64,000 bases of DNA, from the NCBI GenBank assembly GCA_965285935.1, contig OZ260662.1, positions 35,340,001-35,404,000 of the forward strand, in the 5' to 3' direction. This DNA is from Ophelia neglecta. Its lineage: Eukaryota. The notes under the pieces are model-generated. The model did not search any database, was not told the origin of the DNA, and saw only the letters and a program-made list of their open reading frames with translations. Numbering within the stretch: position 1 is the stretch's first letter; each line of letters opens with the position of its first letter. Positions 13,101-25,520 of this stretch are shown here, in pieces. The translations under genes were made by a program, and so were the position numbers.

Positions 13101-16100
13101 GCACCCTGCGATATGCACCTTGCTTTCCAAGCCCGATCTGGGTCTAAGCTACATTAAATTGACATCATTTAACATCTAATATAAGAAAAACAAATCACAA
13201 GAGTCACTTCTACATGGTGACTTCTTCTTGATTCTTACAATCAGGGTACCCATTGAATAGTGTAAATTGTGAATGAGCTAGCCCTTAACTAATCAATTAT
13301 TTAATATTTGTAAAAAAAAAATCACATCTTTTGACTACACCAATTGATAGAGGCCTATTGTCTGATATTCTTACTTGTTGTGCTCACACAGAATCTTAGT
13401 GTTGTCCACTGGTGGCGGAGGCTTACTGGCCTCGCCTGTTAGCCAGCTTGTAAACCACTCAAGAGATATCCAGTCATACGGCTCCCCTGAAAAGAAATAC
13501 ATTAAAAGTTAGTTACAACTGATGTACCACACATGTACAGCTGTGGCAGACTGGAGACAGTGTGACCACAAGGAGACTGTTAACACTCAGCAATATGGAT
13601 CAATGTTATCATTAGGTCATTATATATAGGAATCACTTTTGTTTCACATTACTGTAAACTTATTTAATGATGCTTAAAGAAACATTAAACTCAGATAAAT
13701 GACCCTACAGAACATAAGCGACCTTAATCTGTTCTTGGTCTGGTGAATCATATGATGCACAATAACCCAAGTTACTATAACAAGTCAGACACTCACCTTT
13801 TTCATAAGACATTTGTGAGTAAAGTCCTTGTATTTCTTCTTGTCTTTCTTTCCCTTTCTTAATGCTTTCCTCCTATAAAACAAGACAAGACAAGTCCCAG
13901 GTTAAGTCAAGGCAGTCAGTAAAAGGCAGGTGCTGTAACATATTCATGATGCATGTGTTACATGTTCCCTTCCGAGTTATCACAGAATTAAATGCTGGGA
14001 AAATTGAACATGAAGTGCATAAGATTCTTAAAGAAACAAATTTTATTTTCTCACTATCATGCTGGACATATCTTTCACCCAATCTTCAAACTGTTGGTTA
14101 TCTTTTTCTACAGCTTCCTGTAGTTCTGGAGGTAAATCTGTGAATTTTATATCACTGGTCTTCTGGGCAGACTCTGAAATAACAACAGGCCACTCCTTAT
14201 GGGTATGTTCTAACAGAAATGTCAGAATGTGTTGTATATAGTCAGTGATGACCAGACGGATACCTTGTTGTGATTCTGATTGCTGTCGAGTGTAAACTAA
14301 CATGTAGGCATTTCGAGATGCGTGAGAACCTTTCATGGACTTTGGCTTCTTGCTTCCTTTTGTACCCTCTGTGAAAAAAAAATAAAAGATACAATTTAAG
14401 CTGTTTTTACTTTCAAATGATACACACTGGTAACTTTTATTGGAATCATTGTGTAATCATAATGGACGAATAATAATCCTGTGTAGTTTGGTATTTCACA
14501 GAGATTGTAATTGTGAATGTGCTAGCCCACAACAGAGATTGTAACTGTATGCACAGAGCAAGAGATAGTATACATTTTGTTTTGGCAAACCTATATGCAG
14601 TAGTATTAGGGCATGTGAGCAGGCTAGGCAAACCTACATGAGTGAGTGGGATGAATGGCAGAACATCATTTTGCCTGGGGGTGGGGCAAGGGGGGGGAAG
14701 GGGGGGGGGGAGGGGTTAGATGATGCAGATGGTCAATTAGTTTCCATTCCCCCTTACACCTTCCCTTCGTAGCAGAGTACACGGCTCCGCTCTCTTCGCC
14801 TGTAGCACTCTGCCGAAATCCGTCAATATGGAATTCCCTTATCTAATTTGCATACGAGGCTACCTCAAGTGACCTCGTACTGACCCGGCATATATATTTC
14901 TGCCGCTGTCCCGCAAGCGCGCTGACCTTCATATCAACGAATCAGATGCAGCCTTCCGCACAACTACGTCACAGCATGTCATTTCATTTAATAGAAAAGG
15001 GCTTTCCCCATGCCTTAGCTTAAACGGCCTCGTTTTCGAATTCCGGGTTCTCGGAAATTTCCCTCGGTTTTCAGCAGAGGGTGATGCGGAGAAGCTATGC
15101 GATAAGCATTAGCCTCTGCTGCGAAGGGTACCTTACACCACAAACCCCAGTTTTATAATCCTTGTAATTGCTCGTGTAGAGTAATGAAAATGCTGAACTA
15201 TGGATGACTGATTTTAAATTTAATGAAAATTTGGAGCCTTGGCTTAACTGTTAAATTGTCAAGAAAATGGCCGGATATGAAGCTGAAATGCTTGAAAAAT
15301 CTGCTAATAGAATTTTAAATGAAAACTAGGCAAAACAGAATGTGACCCCAACTGCCATCAACACACCCCACATTGGTAATAACAGACATTGCAAGCATTT
15401 CCTTTCATTAGTTTTATTCCATGAACCAAGTTGTAGTTATGGTAAACTTCTTTTCTGTTCAAGTTTAAATGCAATACCATGCAGCCTAAAATAGTACCAA
15501 GCAATCCTCCTGTTTAATATGATGGGAATATCTTAAAATAGTTATCCCTAAAATCTCGCAAAACTGACTTTGGAAACCAGGTTGTATCAGCCTGTTTCTA
15601 TGTTTGTCTTTATTGCATAATCAGTCCATCCCAGTATCATGTCAAACATCTGTGTCTGGCATGTTGTTTTTCTGAAACAGGTACAAAGGCAGTACCTTGC
15701 AACCTACGATAGTTACTTTCAACATCCCTGCTTAAGTATGACGACATCTTAAAGTTTTCATTAAATTATCAAAATTTTGTGGCATAAAACAGGCACTGAC
15801 TCTAATGTTGCTTCATCCAATCTTGTTCAAAACAAACATGATTATCCCATTATCATATGTCATCCTTTTGTGCCGTTGTTGGTTTAACAGCTGATCTGGA
15901 TGAAGAATTCTCTCCAGCAGATTACCTACAACAGCTGTCAGAATACATGAAAACATAACGCTTACTGCACCTTGTGGCAAGACATAAACTGTACTGCAGT
16001 AGGCTAGTTTTTGTATTACCAAGTTTTTGTCACTTCAGGTTAATTACCTATATCTTCCTCATTGCCTAGCTGTAGGTTTTTGCCACTCATCTTTTCCGTA

Positions 16101-19100
16101 TCTTCATCGTTGAACTTGTGCCATGTTTGAGTTGGTCTATCTTTAATATGTGCAACATAGTGTCCACTGTATGCACTGGGCCCTCTATGTATCAGTACTG
16201 CACTTAATTCATAGACCAGATTACCACCTGAAACATATATTAACATTATATTATGAAGGTGTTGTCTATAAACCCCTTTCATTACATGTAATTTAATGTA
16301 ACCCAATGCCACCAATACTGAAGGGTTAAACTGGGTCCTAAACTCTTTTTTACTTTTCTCTGACAAGAATTCAGGAACAGAAAAACTGTTAGGTCTGTCC
16401 ATATATTGAAGGCTTTGAAGCTCTATAAACGTTCCTGATGGGAAATTTCTATGTTAGGAAAGAATTTATTGTATGACCACTAATGATTAACCCACTGAAC
16501 ATGAATTACATTCTACAAAATGGTCATGCAATAGAGGGATCAGCCAGTGCAGCAAATTAAAGGGGTTTAAAAAAGAATGTGCCTTACACTAGGGCTACTT
16601 GTGTGCTCTAATCTTACGAAACTCTCACCTTGTCTCAAGAAGTACTGTCCCATATCTAAAACTTCTGGAAACTGAATATATGTGTTCAATTTCTTCTTCT
16701 GTCCAGTGTTTCTACAGAGAGAACATCAACCCAAATGGTTCTTAATCTGAGACTTCTTTGTAGAAATCGGTTTTTAAATAGTTTCAATATGGAGAATAAG
16801 TGCGATAAACTTTGTAGATATAACATGTTAAACAAATGTCAGATTGATCTATTTTTGATAAGAACATAAGTTGCCTTTTACCTGTCAAATACAAATCTAA
16901 GCAACTGTAAGTTGAGGACAGGTGGAAGTGACCTCAACTCTATTTTTCTGGCTGCATTTTGTTTCAGCTGACACTGGGCACACATGTATTTATTGTCACC
17001 TTCAAGTTTTTCTTCCTGTATGATTACACATACAATATCATACAACAAAACAAGAAACAAAGTCAAAATACAAAGTGACTTTAACCCAATTCTCAATTAA
17101 TAACCCAGCTTCCACTGCTCTATATTACATTTTAGTTATTACAATTGCGGTGAAATAAACATAATAATTCAGCATTTAAACAAACTGAATAACAGAAAAG
17201 TTGGCCTGAACAAAAGCAATAATAACCTCTAAGAATTCTTCGATACATTCTCCTAGATCTCGGTGGCCTTTGATGTTTAGATCAAGCTCGTAGAAGTTAG
17301 AAGGTGTGTCTGACCCAGTTCCACATACTGCACAACTGTAAAAAAAAATACAGCTAACACCAGTATACTACTTAATGCTGGCCATATGGCAAAAGAATCT
17401 ATTATGGCAGGCAAATAGGTTTTGGAACTCTGTGAACAATCCCTCCCCACCCCCCACCCCCCACCCCCATGGGACTTAGCAACAAAGGACATCAAGATGT
17501 TTTGGAGACAAAATGTAATTGAGCAAAAAAGTATATGGGATTTCCAATGGGAGTGTGGTTTAAAAAAATGACGGCCAGACTTGGAGTTAAAGCAAATAGC
17601 AATTGCCATAATCAGCATTTTAACCTTTGTCATTGTGCTTAAAAATTGACAAAGACTTCAATATTATAGTGGAGTAATGCCCCTCCATTGTTTCTGCAAC
17701 AGCCCTTCTAAGAAACCATGTTTATCAACATCATCTGAAGTTATGAATTTATCTGATAATAAATAGATTGTGGTTACCTATTATATTAAAGGTTATGTAC
17801 GTACCTTGTGACATATGCATATTTGCCAACAAATTGTTCCCTGATGAAATTTTGCAGTTTTGGATTGGGATGTTGAGAAAGTGTGTCTTCAAGAAGTGAT
17901 GTGAATAGTTTGGAAAACTCCTGAGCGTCTTGCTGCTGTGCAGTGTCTAAACTCAGAAATTCAATAAATCCTGAAGGGTCTATGAACCTATAATTGAAAC
18001 AATAAAGTTACCGTGTGATGGGGAGCATGAAGTAGGGGCAGGGATAAGTTTGCTCGGTGGATTAAGGTAGCGATAGTTGAGTATGACGTCACGGTATATC
18101 GTCACAGGGGAAGGGTCACTAAGGCATTGTGTATAGTCAATATAAACCTTTCATTTTAAATAAAGTCCAGAAGAAGGCAGGCTTGCCTGCCGAAAATTCG
18201 ACATTAATACCTTGGTGTTTTGTTTTATTTTAAAGTTACAAGGATAATTTTTCTTCATATAACAGCTGGTTTTGAGTAATTTAAGTTGTACACTGAATGA
18301 CAATAGTTGATACTTGCCTTCGCTTACTGAATAACAGTAATCCAAATATGAGTTGTAGGTGACCACATATAGATTTGGGTTGAAGCGACGTGGGCCCACC
18401 TTCTCCATGGCTGGCTTCTACAAATATTGGATATTGTCCTTTATATCTATCCAGAGCAAGCTTTTAATGCTTAATGTTCTCTACATGCCATCTTCAGATT
18501 AATAAAAGCTTGATAATAAAATAGATATGACCTAGCTCAGCTGATGTACAAGGGTTTCTTTGCAAGATTTTAGATTTTCAGAATGAAATTAATCATACTT
18601 CATCAGTTTGGTCAAACTGGACACACTTTAGGGGTGGTATTTTGCTTATGGCACCTTTGGTTTGATAGTGATACTTGTTAATTTTTATTATTTCTACATT
18701 TCCTCATTTCCGTGTTTGAAGATTTGTAATTTAGTATATTCTGATTCATTGTTTGTGTTGTAGTATGATGTTGTGTGTGACATCATCAATATGTGTGTTC
18801 ACTTACAAGCCTTGACTTCTCTTCAATAAAGATGTGTGACATGTAAAGACGTGTTCTTTCCTTGTCTTATCTCTGGACTTTAGTAGTATCATTTTTACCT
18901 CAGTATGCCAACAATACTATGTTCATTACAATAAACACCTTTATACCATGTATAGTGAAATGACAAACACAACCTTCCGCCTCTTTTAAGTATGTGGCAA
19001 ACTGCCATAAGTGAGTTAATTTTTAGGAAACAAGTTTACCTTTGAGTGGTTTGTCAACGTCTTGCCACTGTAATAATGCTGATCTGAATTCCAAGTTATG

Positions 19101-21274
19101 AAACCACAGCTAGAAAGAAGGAAGAAAAGCAAATGCAAAATGAAACCCTCTGCCTTTAACATAAAACTGCAATCCATTGAACCGATGTCTTTCGAAATGA
19201 AATATGTGACAACTAAAATCAAAAGCTCTGCCTTCATTGACAGTAGTATGTGAATTACCTGGAGAAATGTGTTGACATAGCAAGTTGCACCTAGGTTCTT
19301 CAGTCCAATGAACGAGTTCTACATTGATAAAACAAACTCAGGGATTGGTGTTATTGTATGTGATCATTTTATGAAGGAGACCAAGGAAACAAATACTTGG
19401 GTGCATGTGCTTTGGCCACTGGAATTTGGGATGTCAGTGCAAAAATTTCTCTCATGTACTTGAAGCGTAATCAAGCCTTGCAAGGCCTCCTAATATGGAA
19501 CATGGTGGTCATGCTCAAAAGGCTGGATCTCAGCACCAACCAATGGTCAGTTAGGTTTGTTTCTGTCTCTGTCCTGTTCCTTGTCAAATAACCAGACAAT
19601 AACATTTCAAGTGCTGACATCTGAATTCCATAAGATCAAAGCCCAGTACACTTCACAACATACAGTATTTTTGCAAACCATTAATCGTATCAGAAAATTA
19701 TCAATTGGAACATTATTGAACATTTACAATTATAGAATTATTCAACAACCATATTCATTCTACCTCGAATTACCGCCAACATTAGGAATATTATTAAAAA
19801 TGGTTGTTGGATGAGGGTGATATATAATCAGGGGTTGGTAAAGGCCTTTCTTTAATCACATGAATCATGAAGATTTTTGTCATATTTGAGCTACGCATGC
19901 ACTTTAAAATGTAAGCTGCAGCAAAACTTGCATAACATTATAATTGAAATCACAGTCAAAGTAATGTTACATACTGTTTAAATTAAGTTTCATTTTGCAA
20001 TGTAACTAGGGCCTATGTCCTACAGATTGAGGAGTCCTTCCAGTGCCGGTAAAATTGTCCTTTGGCCTTAGGAACAAATTCAATGCATCCTTAACACCAC
20101 ACATGTAAAGAAAGATGGTCTAGCTGCAGCTGCCCTGTTTCCCCGGCCTGTAATCAGTTAATGCCAAAGGTCGTCACAGCCATGTGACCAGCTCAAGCCT
20201 AATTTGCATACAGAGAAACCACATGGGTAAATTGATGGGGGGATGGTCCACAAATGTCCACATCCACAGCAGATTTATAATATCTTTATTTGTTCTGGGG
20301 TCCCCAAAATTTATACCTGTTGTTGCTTATTAATTAAGCTGATGGCTATTACACAAACCTTTTCTTCATTAGAGCTGTGATAAACACAGAGAATGCAGCT
20401 TAAATCATGTGAATTAACATGAGGGAGAAACCTTCTGGCAATAGGCGGGTGTGGCAGGAATTCAGGGATAAACGAGGGAAGACTGAATTGCCATGTTAAA
20501 AGCACTGGTAAAAGTAACCAAGATCCTGCAATTGTGAATTTGTATGAATACAGTAATCTTGAACGTTGAAGTCATCCATATCACTGGTCAAAGTGACTTT
20601 TCACTGATCAAATGATTTGTGCATTTATTTTGCCACATCAATGTGGTGCCATTCTCTTTTCGAACCATGACTGTCCATTAATCACCGGTCTTGCAACAAT
20701 TTTAGTAGGCAAAAACTGGTGGTCCGAGATTTTTCTGAAAAACTGTGAAGACATTATTGTTTTGGACTGATTCATGACTAAGTATTACAACTTTACTTCT
20801 TTTCTCCTTTCCGATTCAGGGTCTTCTATGTCATGCCACTGGTTATCTGTTATATCAGCAAACCACTCCCTTTCACCAAGGCCATTCAAACATAGAGGAT
20901 TCCCCTTACAATTTCGCCTACAGAAAGAAAAAAATCTATCTTAGATTGTTTGTACCCTTGCATCATGTACTCCATATGAAAAATATCAAAGCTCTTTTTG
21001 ACAGAAGCTCGATACTCAACTAAATCAGAGAATTAATCTTATGTCAATTTGTTTTTTCCTAAAATTTTCTTTTGAGGACAACACATATAGTGATAAGCAT
21101 AAATTGAGAAACAACTGGTTTTTTACTACACCGTACATACCTACAGGCCCCCAACTTGCATGGAGCAAGGTTTGTTCTGTAGGCAAACCGTATGTTATCC
21201 AAAGTAACCTGATCCGGGCTCGTTGTCTCTGCCCATTGCCATGCATTCTTTTCTAACTGCTGCTTTGGAGCCAT
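4193..21274 (-). CDS. USP48: Ubiquitin carboxyl-terminal hydrolase 48, 26 coding exons, ~1055 aa
   Basis: Hand-spliced with all phases consistent: 21274-21141, 20917-20797, 19318-19259, 19109-19040, 18417-18318 (GC donor), 17987-17805, 17335-17227, 17015-16882, 16711-16629, 16227-16048, 14368-14264, 14173-14055, 13872-13797, 13486-13375, 13148-13053, 12804-12682, 11800-11523, 11190-11066, 10925-10750, 10361-10248, 10148-10027, 8038-7863, 7029-6886, 6757-6632, 5788-5737, 4242-4193. Motifs: [27 protein letters not shown], Cys box [24 protein letters not shown], His box [22 protein letters not shown]...WHKFND, DUSP-like segments, C-terminal ubiquitin-like domain, and the USP48-typical end [13 protein letters not shown]. 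Confidence 0.96.
4556..5716. mobile_element. Probable non-autonomous Helentron/DINE-like repeat in the last USP48 intron
   Basis: Internal ~90-bp direct repeat (CAAGGTCACCACT..TGTATATGATTTCCTATAAGTG near 5351 and 5577), a (GGAC)n tract near 5668 and a short terminal hairpin. Boundaries are approximate. Confidence 0.45.
8084..9417 (-). mobile_element. Pogo/Tc1-mariner DNA transposon remnant with truncated Brinker-type DNA-binding domain
   Basis: TA dinucleotides at 8082-8083 and 9418-9419 flank imperfect TIRs (CCGTAAATGTTCCAATGTAAACCGCG versus reverse complement CCGTTTCCGTTCCATCGATAACCGCG). Minus ORF 8762-8646 [38 protein letters not shown] resembles the Brinker-like N-terminus of pogo transposases. 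Confidence 0.8.
10930..11025. repeat. 24-bp tandem repeat (~4 copies) abutting a USP48 splice acceptor
   Basis: GGGGTATTACAGTAATATCAAGCT repeated about four times directly beside the acceptor at 10926-10927. Confidence 0.9.
14761..15130. mobile_element. MITE with ~17-bp TIRs and 9-bp target-site duplication
   Basis: TIRs TTCCCTTCGTAGCAGAG and CTCTGCTGCGAAGGGTA. CCTTACACC is duplicated at 14752-14760 and 15131-15139. Confidence 0.85.
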
Positions 21275-21592
21275 GAGTTCAGGTTACCTTCAAATAATTA
21301 GACAACATCAATCACAGACTAATTACATGAGATTTTTCCACAAGTATGTCTTCAAGAACTGATTGGAAGGTTTGGGACATTTCTTTAGCATACTTTAATG
21401 TTTAAAAATGTTTGGATGGGTTTAATTTTGCAAGTTGTCATATTGCGATCAAGCGTTTTTTCACAAAGTTCTATAAACCTGCGTGAATTGAGGAGATTGG
21501 AGGTGGGATGGCAAGCCCGTGACAGATGGGAAGCGATTGTCACTCACCGTACAGATAGATTTATGACGATTGATTGAGAAGCGGAAAAATAA

Positions 21593-21842
21593 CAGGGGTC
21601 TACACTAACTATTGCCTGACGTCCCGGGGCACCTCAAATCTGCTTGCGGGCACAAAGATTTTAGTTACTAACTTCCCGCTGGGCAACCTGCTAATATTCC
21701 CCAAATCGCCGATTGTTGAATATCTTGTATATTTTATATGTACAAATAATTTTGGGACAGTAAGCCTATGGTGCAGGCAAGTAGTTTCATGGTGCTACTA
21801 GCCCTCAGGGCAAGTGCTGAGAATAGTTAGTGTAGACCCCTG
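21593..21842. mobile_element. 250-bp hAT-like MITE with perfect 21-bp TIRs
   Basis: CAGGGGTCTACACTAACTATT at 21593 and AATAGTTAGTGTAGACCCCTG ending at 21842. No clean 8-bp TSD is visible. Confidence 0.8.
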
Positions 21843-22449
21843 AATAGACAAGGCTTTTGTCGGTTCAAACTGTCATAGCTGTCATGTCATTTACCCATGT
21901 CTCTTATCTGGAACCTTGTGCCTTCCTGAACAGTATGGCATTTCCCAATAGTAAGTTCAAAAATTCAATAGAAAAATGTTACCGGGAATAAAAAGGAATC
22001 CAGAATACAGCGTGAAGTGCAAATAATATTCTCACTTTCCTTCAAAAAATTTGTATAATACATTAATTTCATGTGTGATTTGATTTAAATTACCCCCTGA
22101 AGAAGGGTGTCAAAACTTTGTGATCCCACCCCCACCTGATCAGGGATTGGGTTTGGGTGCATTTTTGCGCTTTTAGCTCACCTTTTCCGCAAAAAACGCG
22201 GGTTTTCTCTTTACGTGCGCTGTAATGCTTTGCCCCCTCCCACCATGGGTACTGAATGAGCGGTGCCTGGCCAGCGTGGCCACGTGGAGCGGGAACCCAG
22301 TGTAGATGGTTTCTTGAAACACGCGCTTCCATTGGCTGGGAGGTCCGCTGAGCGCCTATGACTGCTTTGCCGGAAACCAATCAGGCTTTGTGTACTTTCC
22401 ACGCTTCACTACAAATGGCTGTCAACAAAGTTGTGCCTTCCATTCAACC

Positions 22450-22827
22450 ATGGCAGAAAAAAGAAAACCAACCACGAACTCGGCCACAAACGAGCCGAAA
22501 ATCACGAAATATCTTATACAGACACCTGGAGGCCCTAGCCAGAGTCATGATAAAAACAATAATGAATGTGATAGCCGGCCGGCAGATCAAATTTCAGCCG
22601 ACGAGACTCAGCCTCGGGCGCCAGGTGACTGCTCAACTTCAGCGACAGTGTGTGAAAGTAAAGGAGGTAAACACCTCGTGTTCTTGCCTAGCTGGCAAAA
22701 TAAATATCCGTGGCTGACATACGATGCAGGTAACAATAAAATGTTTTGTTCACTGTGCAAAACGTTTGGGTACACAAATACTATGGCACAGGGGACTGCC
22801 AATTTCAATTTTACTACTTTAATGTGA
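22450..22827 (+). pseudogene. Truncated hAT-transposase / ZNF862-like N-terminus (TTF-type zinc finger)
   Basis: MAEKRK...FLPSWQNKYPWLTYDAGNNKMFCSLCK...MAQGTANF matches the ZnF_TTF pattern. The ORF stops before the zinc-binding His residues. It is preceded by a GC-rich stretch with CCAAT and CACGTG motifs (22260-22385). Confidence 0.65.
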
Positions 22828-24120
22828 AATATATTCCTCTTGAAGTCTTCATAAATATAATGTCTTTATTAAAAAGCCATTGAGTCCTAATACTTGAATT
22901 TGAAGTATATTCCCCCTTCTTAAATATAAAACTGTCTTGTTAAAGCAATTAATACTTTTTGTACTTGTTTCCTATAAATTTATTGACCTTCTTTTCTGAC
23001 CTTCGAAAAAGGTTGTTAATTCTGAAAGCCCATAAAATCTGAGAAAAGCCCATAGATCTGCAAGGTAATGAGCTTTTTGCTCACTACACCAAATTCCTAG
23101 CCTGATCCCTGCTGATGGTAACAACATTCTTTGAGCCTCCCCCCCCCCCCCCCTCCTAATCAATAATATGCACCTCTCTTGCCCCCCCACAACCACAGTA
23201 AATGGCCAACCCTCTTAGGGGAAGGCAGTTCTGCGGTTAGGGCAGACCCATTTATTGGCTTTGTGGTTTCCCATGCTGTCTCTCCTGCACAGCCCGAACA
23301 TCGTCAGCATACAAGATTATTGGATGCATTTTGCAAATTTTGGACCCCATTACCACATTTATTTTGTCATAATAAATGGTTGGTTAGTTTTATAGGAATG
23401 CATGGATAAGTTATTTTCTTTAATCAATACCACATTATGGGGACACAAATTGTGACAATTTTCTTCTAAGTATAGTCCTTTAAGTACTGAGAGTCCACCG
23501 TCCTATAGTTCTTAAAAAAACTGAGTGGTTTTGAATGTTGCTGAAGGGTTGTTATTTACTAGGATGTTGATAATATAGTTCTTTATGTGAAGGAATCTTC
23601 ACAGGGTTTACAATTATTATGATACTAGATGCAACATCATAAAAAAATCTATTTTTCTTTGGGCAAATTTTTGTTCAAGTATAGTCACGCCTAGACCAAA
23701 GTTAAATATTGACATTAATGTTTTCAGGGGCGACTTCAAATAATGATTCACGGTCAATGTAGGCCTAGTAATGCACCAGTCATATGTTGTCCCCTCCTAC
23801 GCACCTCCAGATATACCAGGATTATACTGAATAAGTATGTCTAATTCATAGAGAAATTGTGCCTCATTGATTGGGAAATACAGCAAATTTACCACTCATT
23901 TGATGGGCTGGGATATAATGATGGAGAATCCTCATATTTATTGTGGGCGCATATTTCTTCCTGTCAATTTCCAAGTCCACAAAACAGACGGGTTGTGCTA
24001 AACAATCGTATAATTTAGCAAAAAAACAATGATAAAATGACAGATATTTAATTTGAAGTATATCTGTAGCTTTAAAACAACCAAATAATCCCTCCTCGGC
24101 ACCCACTTCTATATATTTAT

Positions 24121-24161
24121 GCTCGGTTTCGCTCGGTTTCGCTGGGTTTCGCCCGGTTTCG
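24121..24161. repeat. 10-bp tandem repeat (GCTCGGTTTC x4), probably a transposon subterminal repeat
   Basis: Four near-identical consecutive copies. Confidence 0.7.
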
Positions 24162-25520
24162 TTGTTTAGTACTAGCGAAACAGACTGAATATTATATCGT
24201 TTTTAATCAATAAAGGCTGATTCCATGACATATTTTAAATCCAATACGAACTCTCCCAGCCGGGTACATCAAAATGGCCCCTTTATCACCATCAATCGCT
24301 AGGTGGCGTATAATTAAGTCGAATATATGTGATGGAAAAGCCCTTTATTGATTTAAAAAACAGTCTAAACATAATTATAAGTGCCAAACAAGATAATGGG
24401 GTTATTTCAAAAAAATTGATAGTTTTTAGAGGTTATACAGGGTTATCACGGTATTTCAAAGGTTATTCCGGTGTTTCGCTAGACCGGGGGGGGGGGGGGG
24501 GGGCTGTCGGGACAAGAAATGATTAGTGCATATATATATATCACAATTTGCGAATGTGCCACTGAACGTGACCAGGGTTCTACTCCCAGATGTAACATTG
24601 TGACGATTCTTTCAATTTTTTAGCAAAATTTTTAACAAATAAAATTAAAATAAGCGATTGTCTAAACAGATCCACAGATAGTTATTTGGTTTCGTTTTCC
24701 CGCCATTAAAACAAATGACATGACCAAACATTTGAAAACATGTACTCGCTTTTGCCAGTTCATGTCAAGACGAAAGTGCTAATCATGTTTATGAATTGTT
24801 TATTACACCTTATGCTTCAAACTGTAATGATTAACGGGAATTCAACCTTATTGCGTGTTACTCACCGTTTGTCCATAAAAATCACCACAAATCGTTTACT
24901 GATCTCATCACATCATTTGCTGAAAATTGCATTTACGGTCAACAATCCACGTAATCCAATGTCAAGCAACATTCGATCCCAAGAGTAGCACACAAACCAT
25001 GGGTAGCAGCATTGCCCACTTAGAGGTCTACTACTTAAACATCTGGGAAGGGGGGGGGGGTTGGGGATGTAAATCGATGATGGCACACTACTTACTTATG
25101 GTATACGCTATTTTAAAGTTTGTAGTCATTTTGTATTGAATAGATTCTACATTTGCTCAAGACACCTTCTTATTCTCATAAATTGTATATTACTATTAGA
25201 TCCAGACTTCCAACATGTAATCAGAGCACTGATTATTGAGTAGATCTATTTCTTCTTCTTTTATTATTTTTCATAACACTGTGGATAGTGTTATTCTTTT
25301 CCACTTGTGAATTATATTCTAAACAAAACTATTTCTATGTTGCAGTTGTGTACCATTCTTTGATTTAGGCCTAACTCCAGAGGCACATAAGCAAAATTTG
25401 GTTCTTATAACCCTTGTGTTAAAATAACGACTTTTGTGACTTTTATTTAGATCTAGTTGTATTTTGCAAAGTGAAATTTTCTATATATATGTACCTGTGA
25501 CAATAAAGAAATAATAGGCC

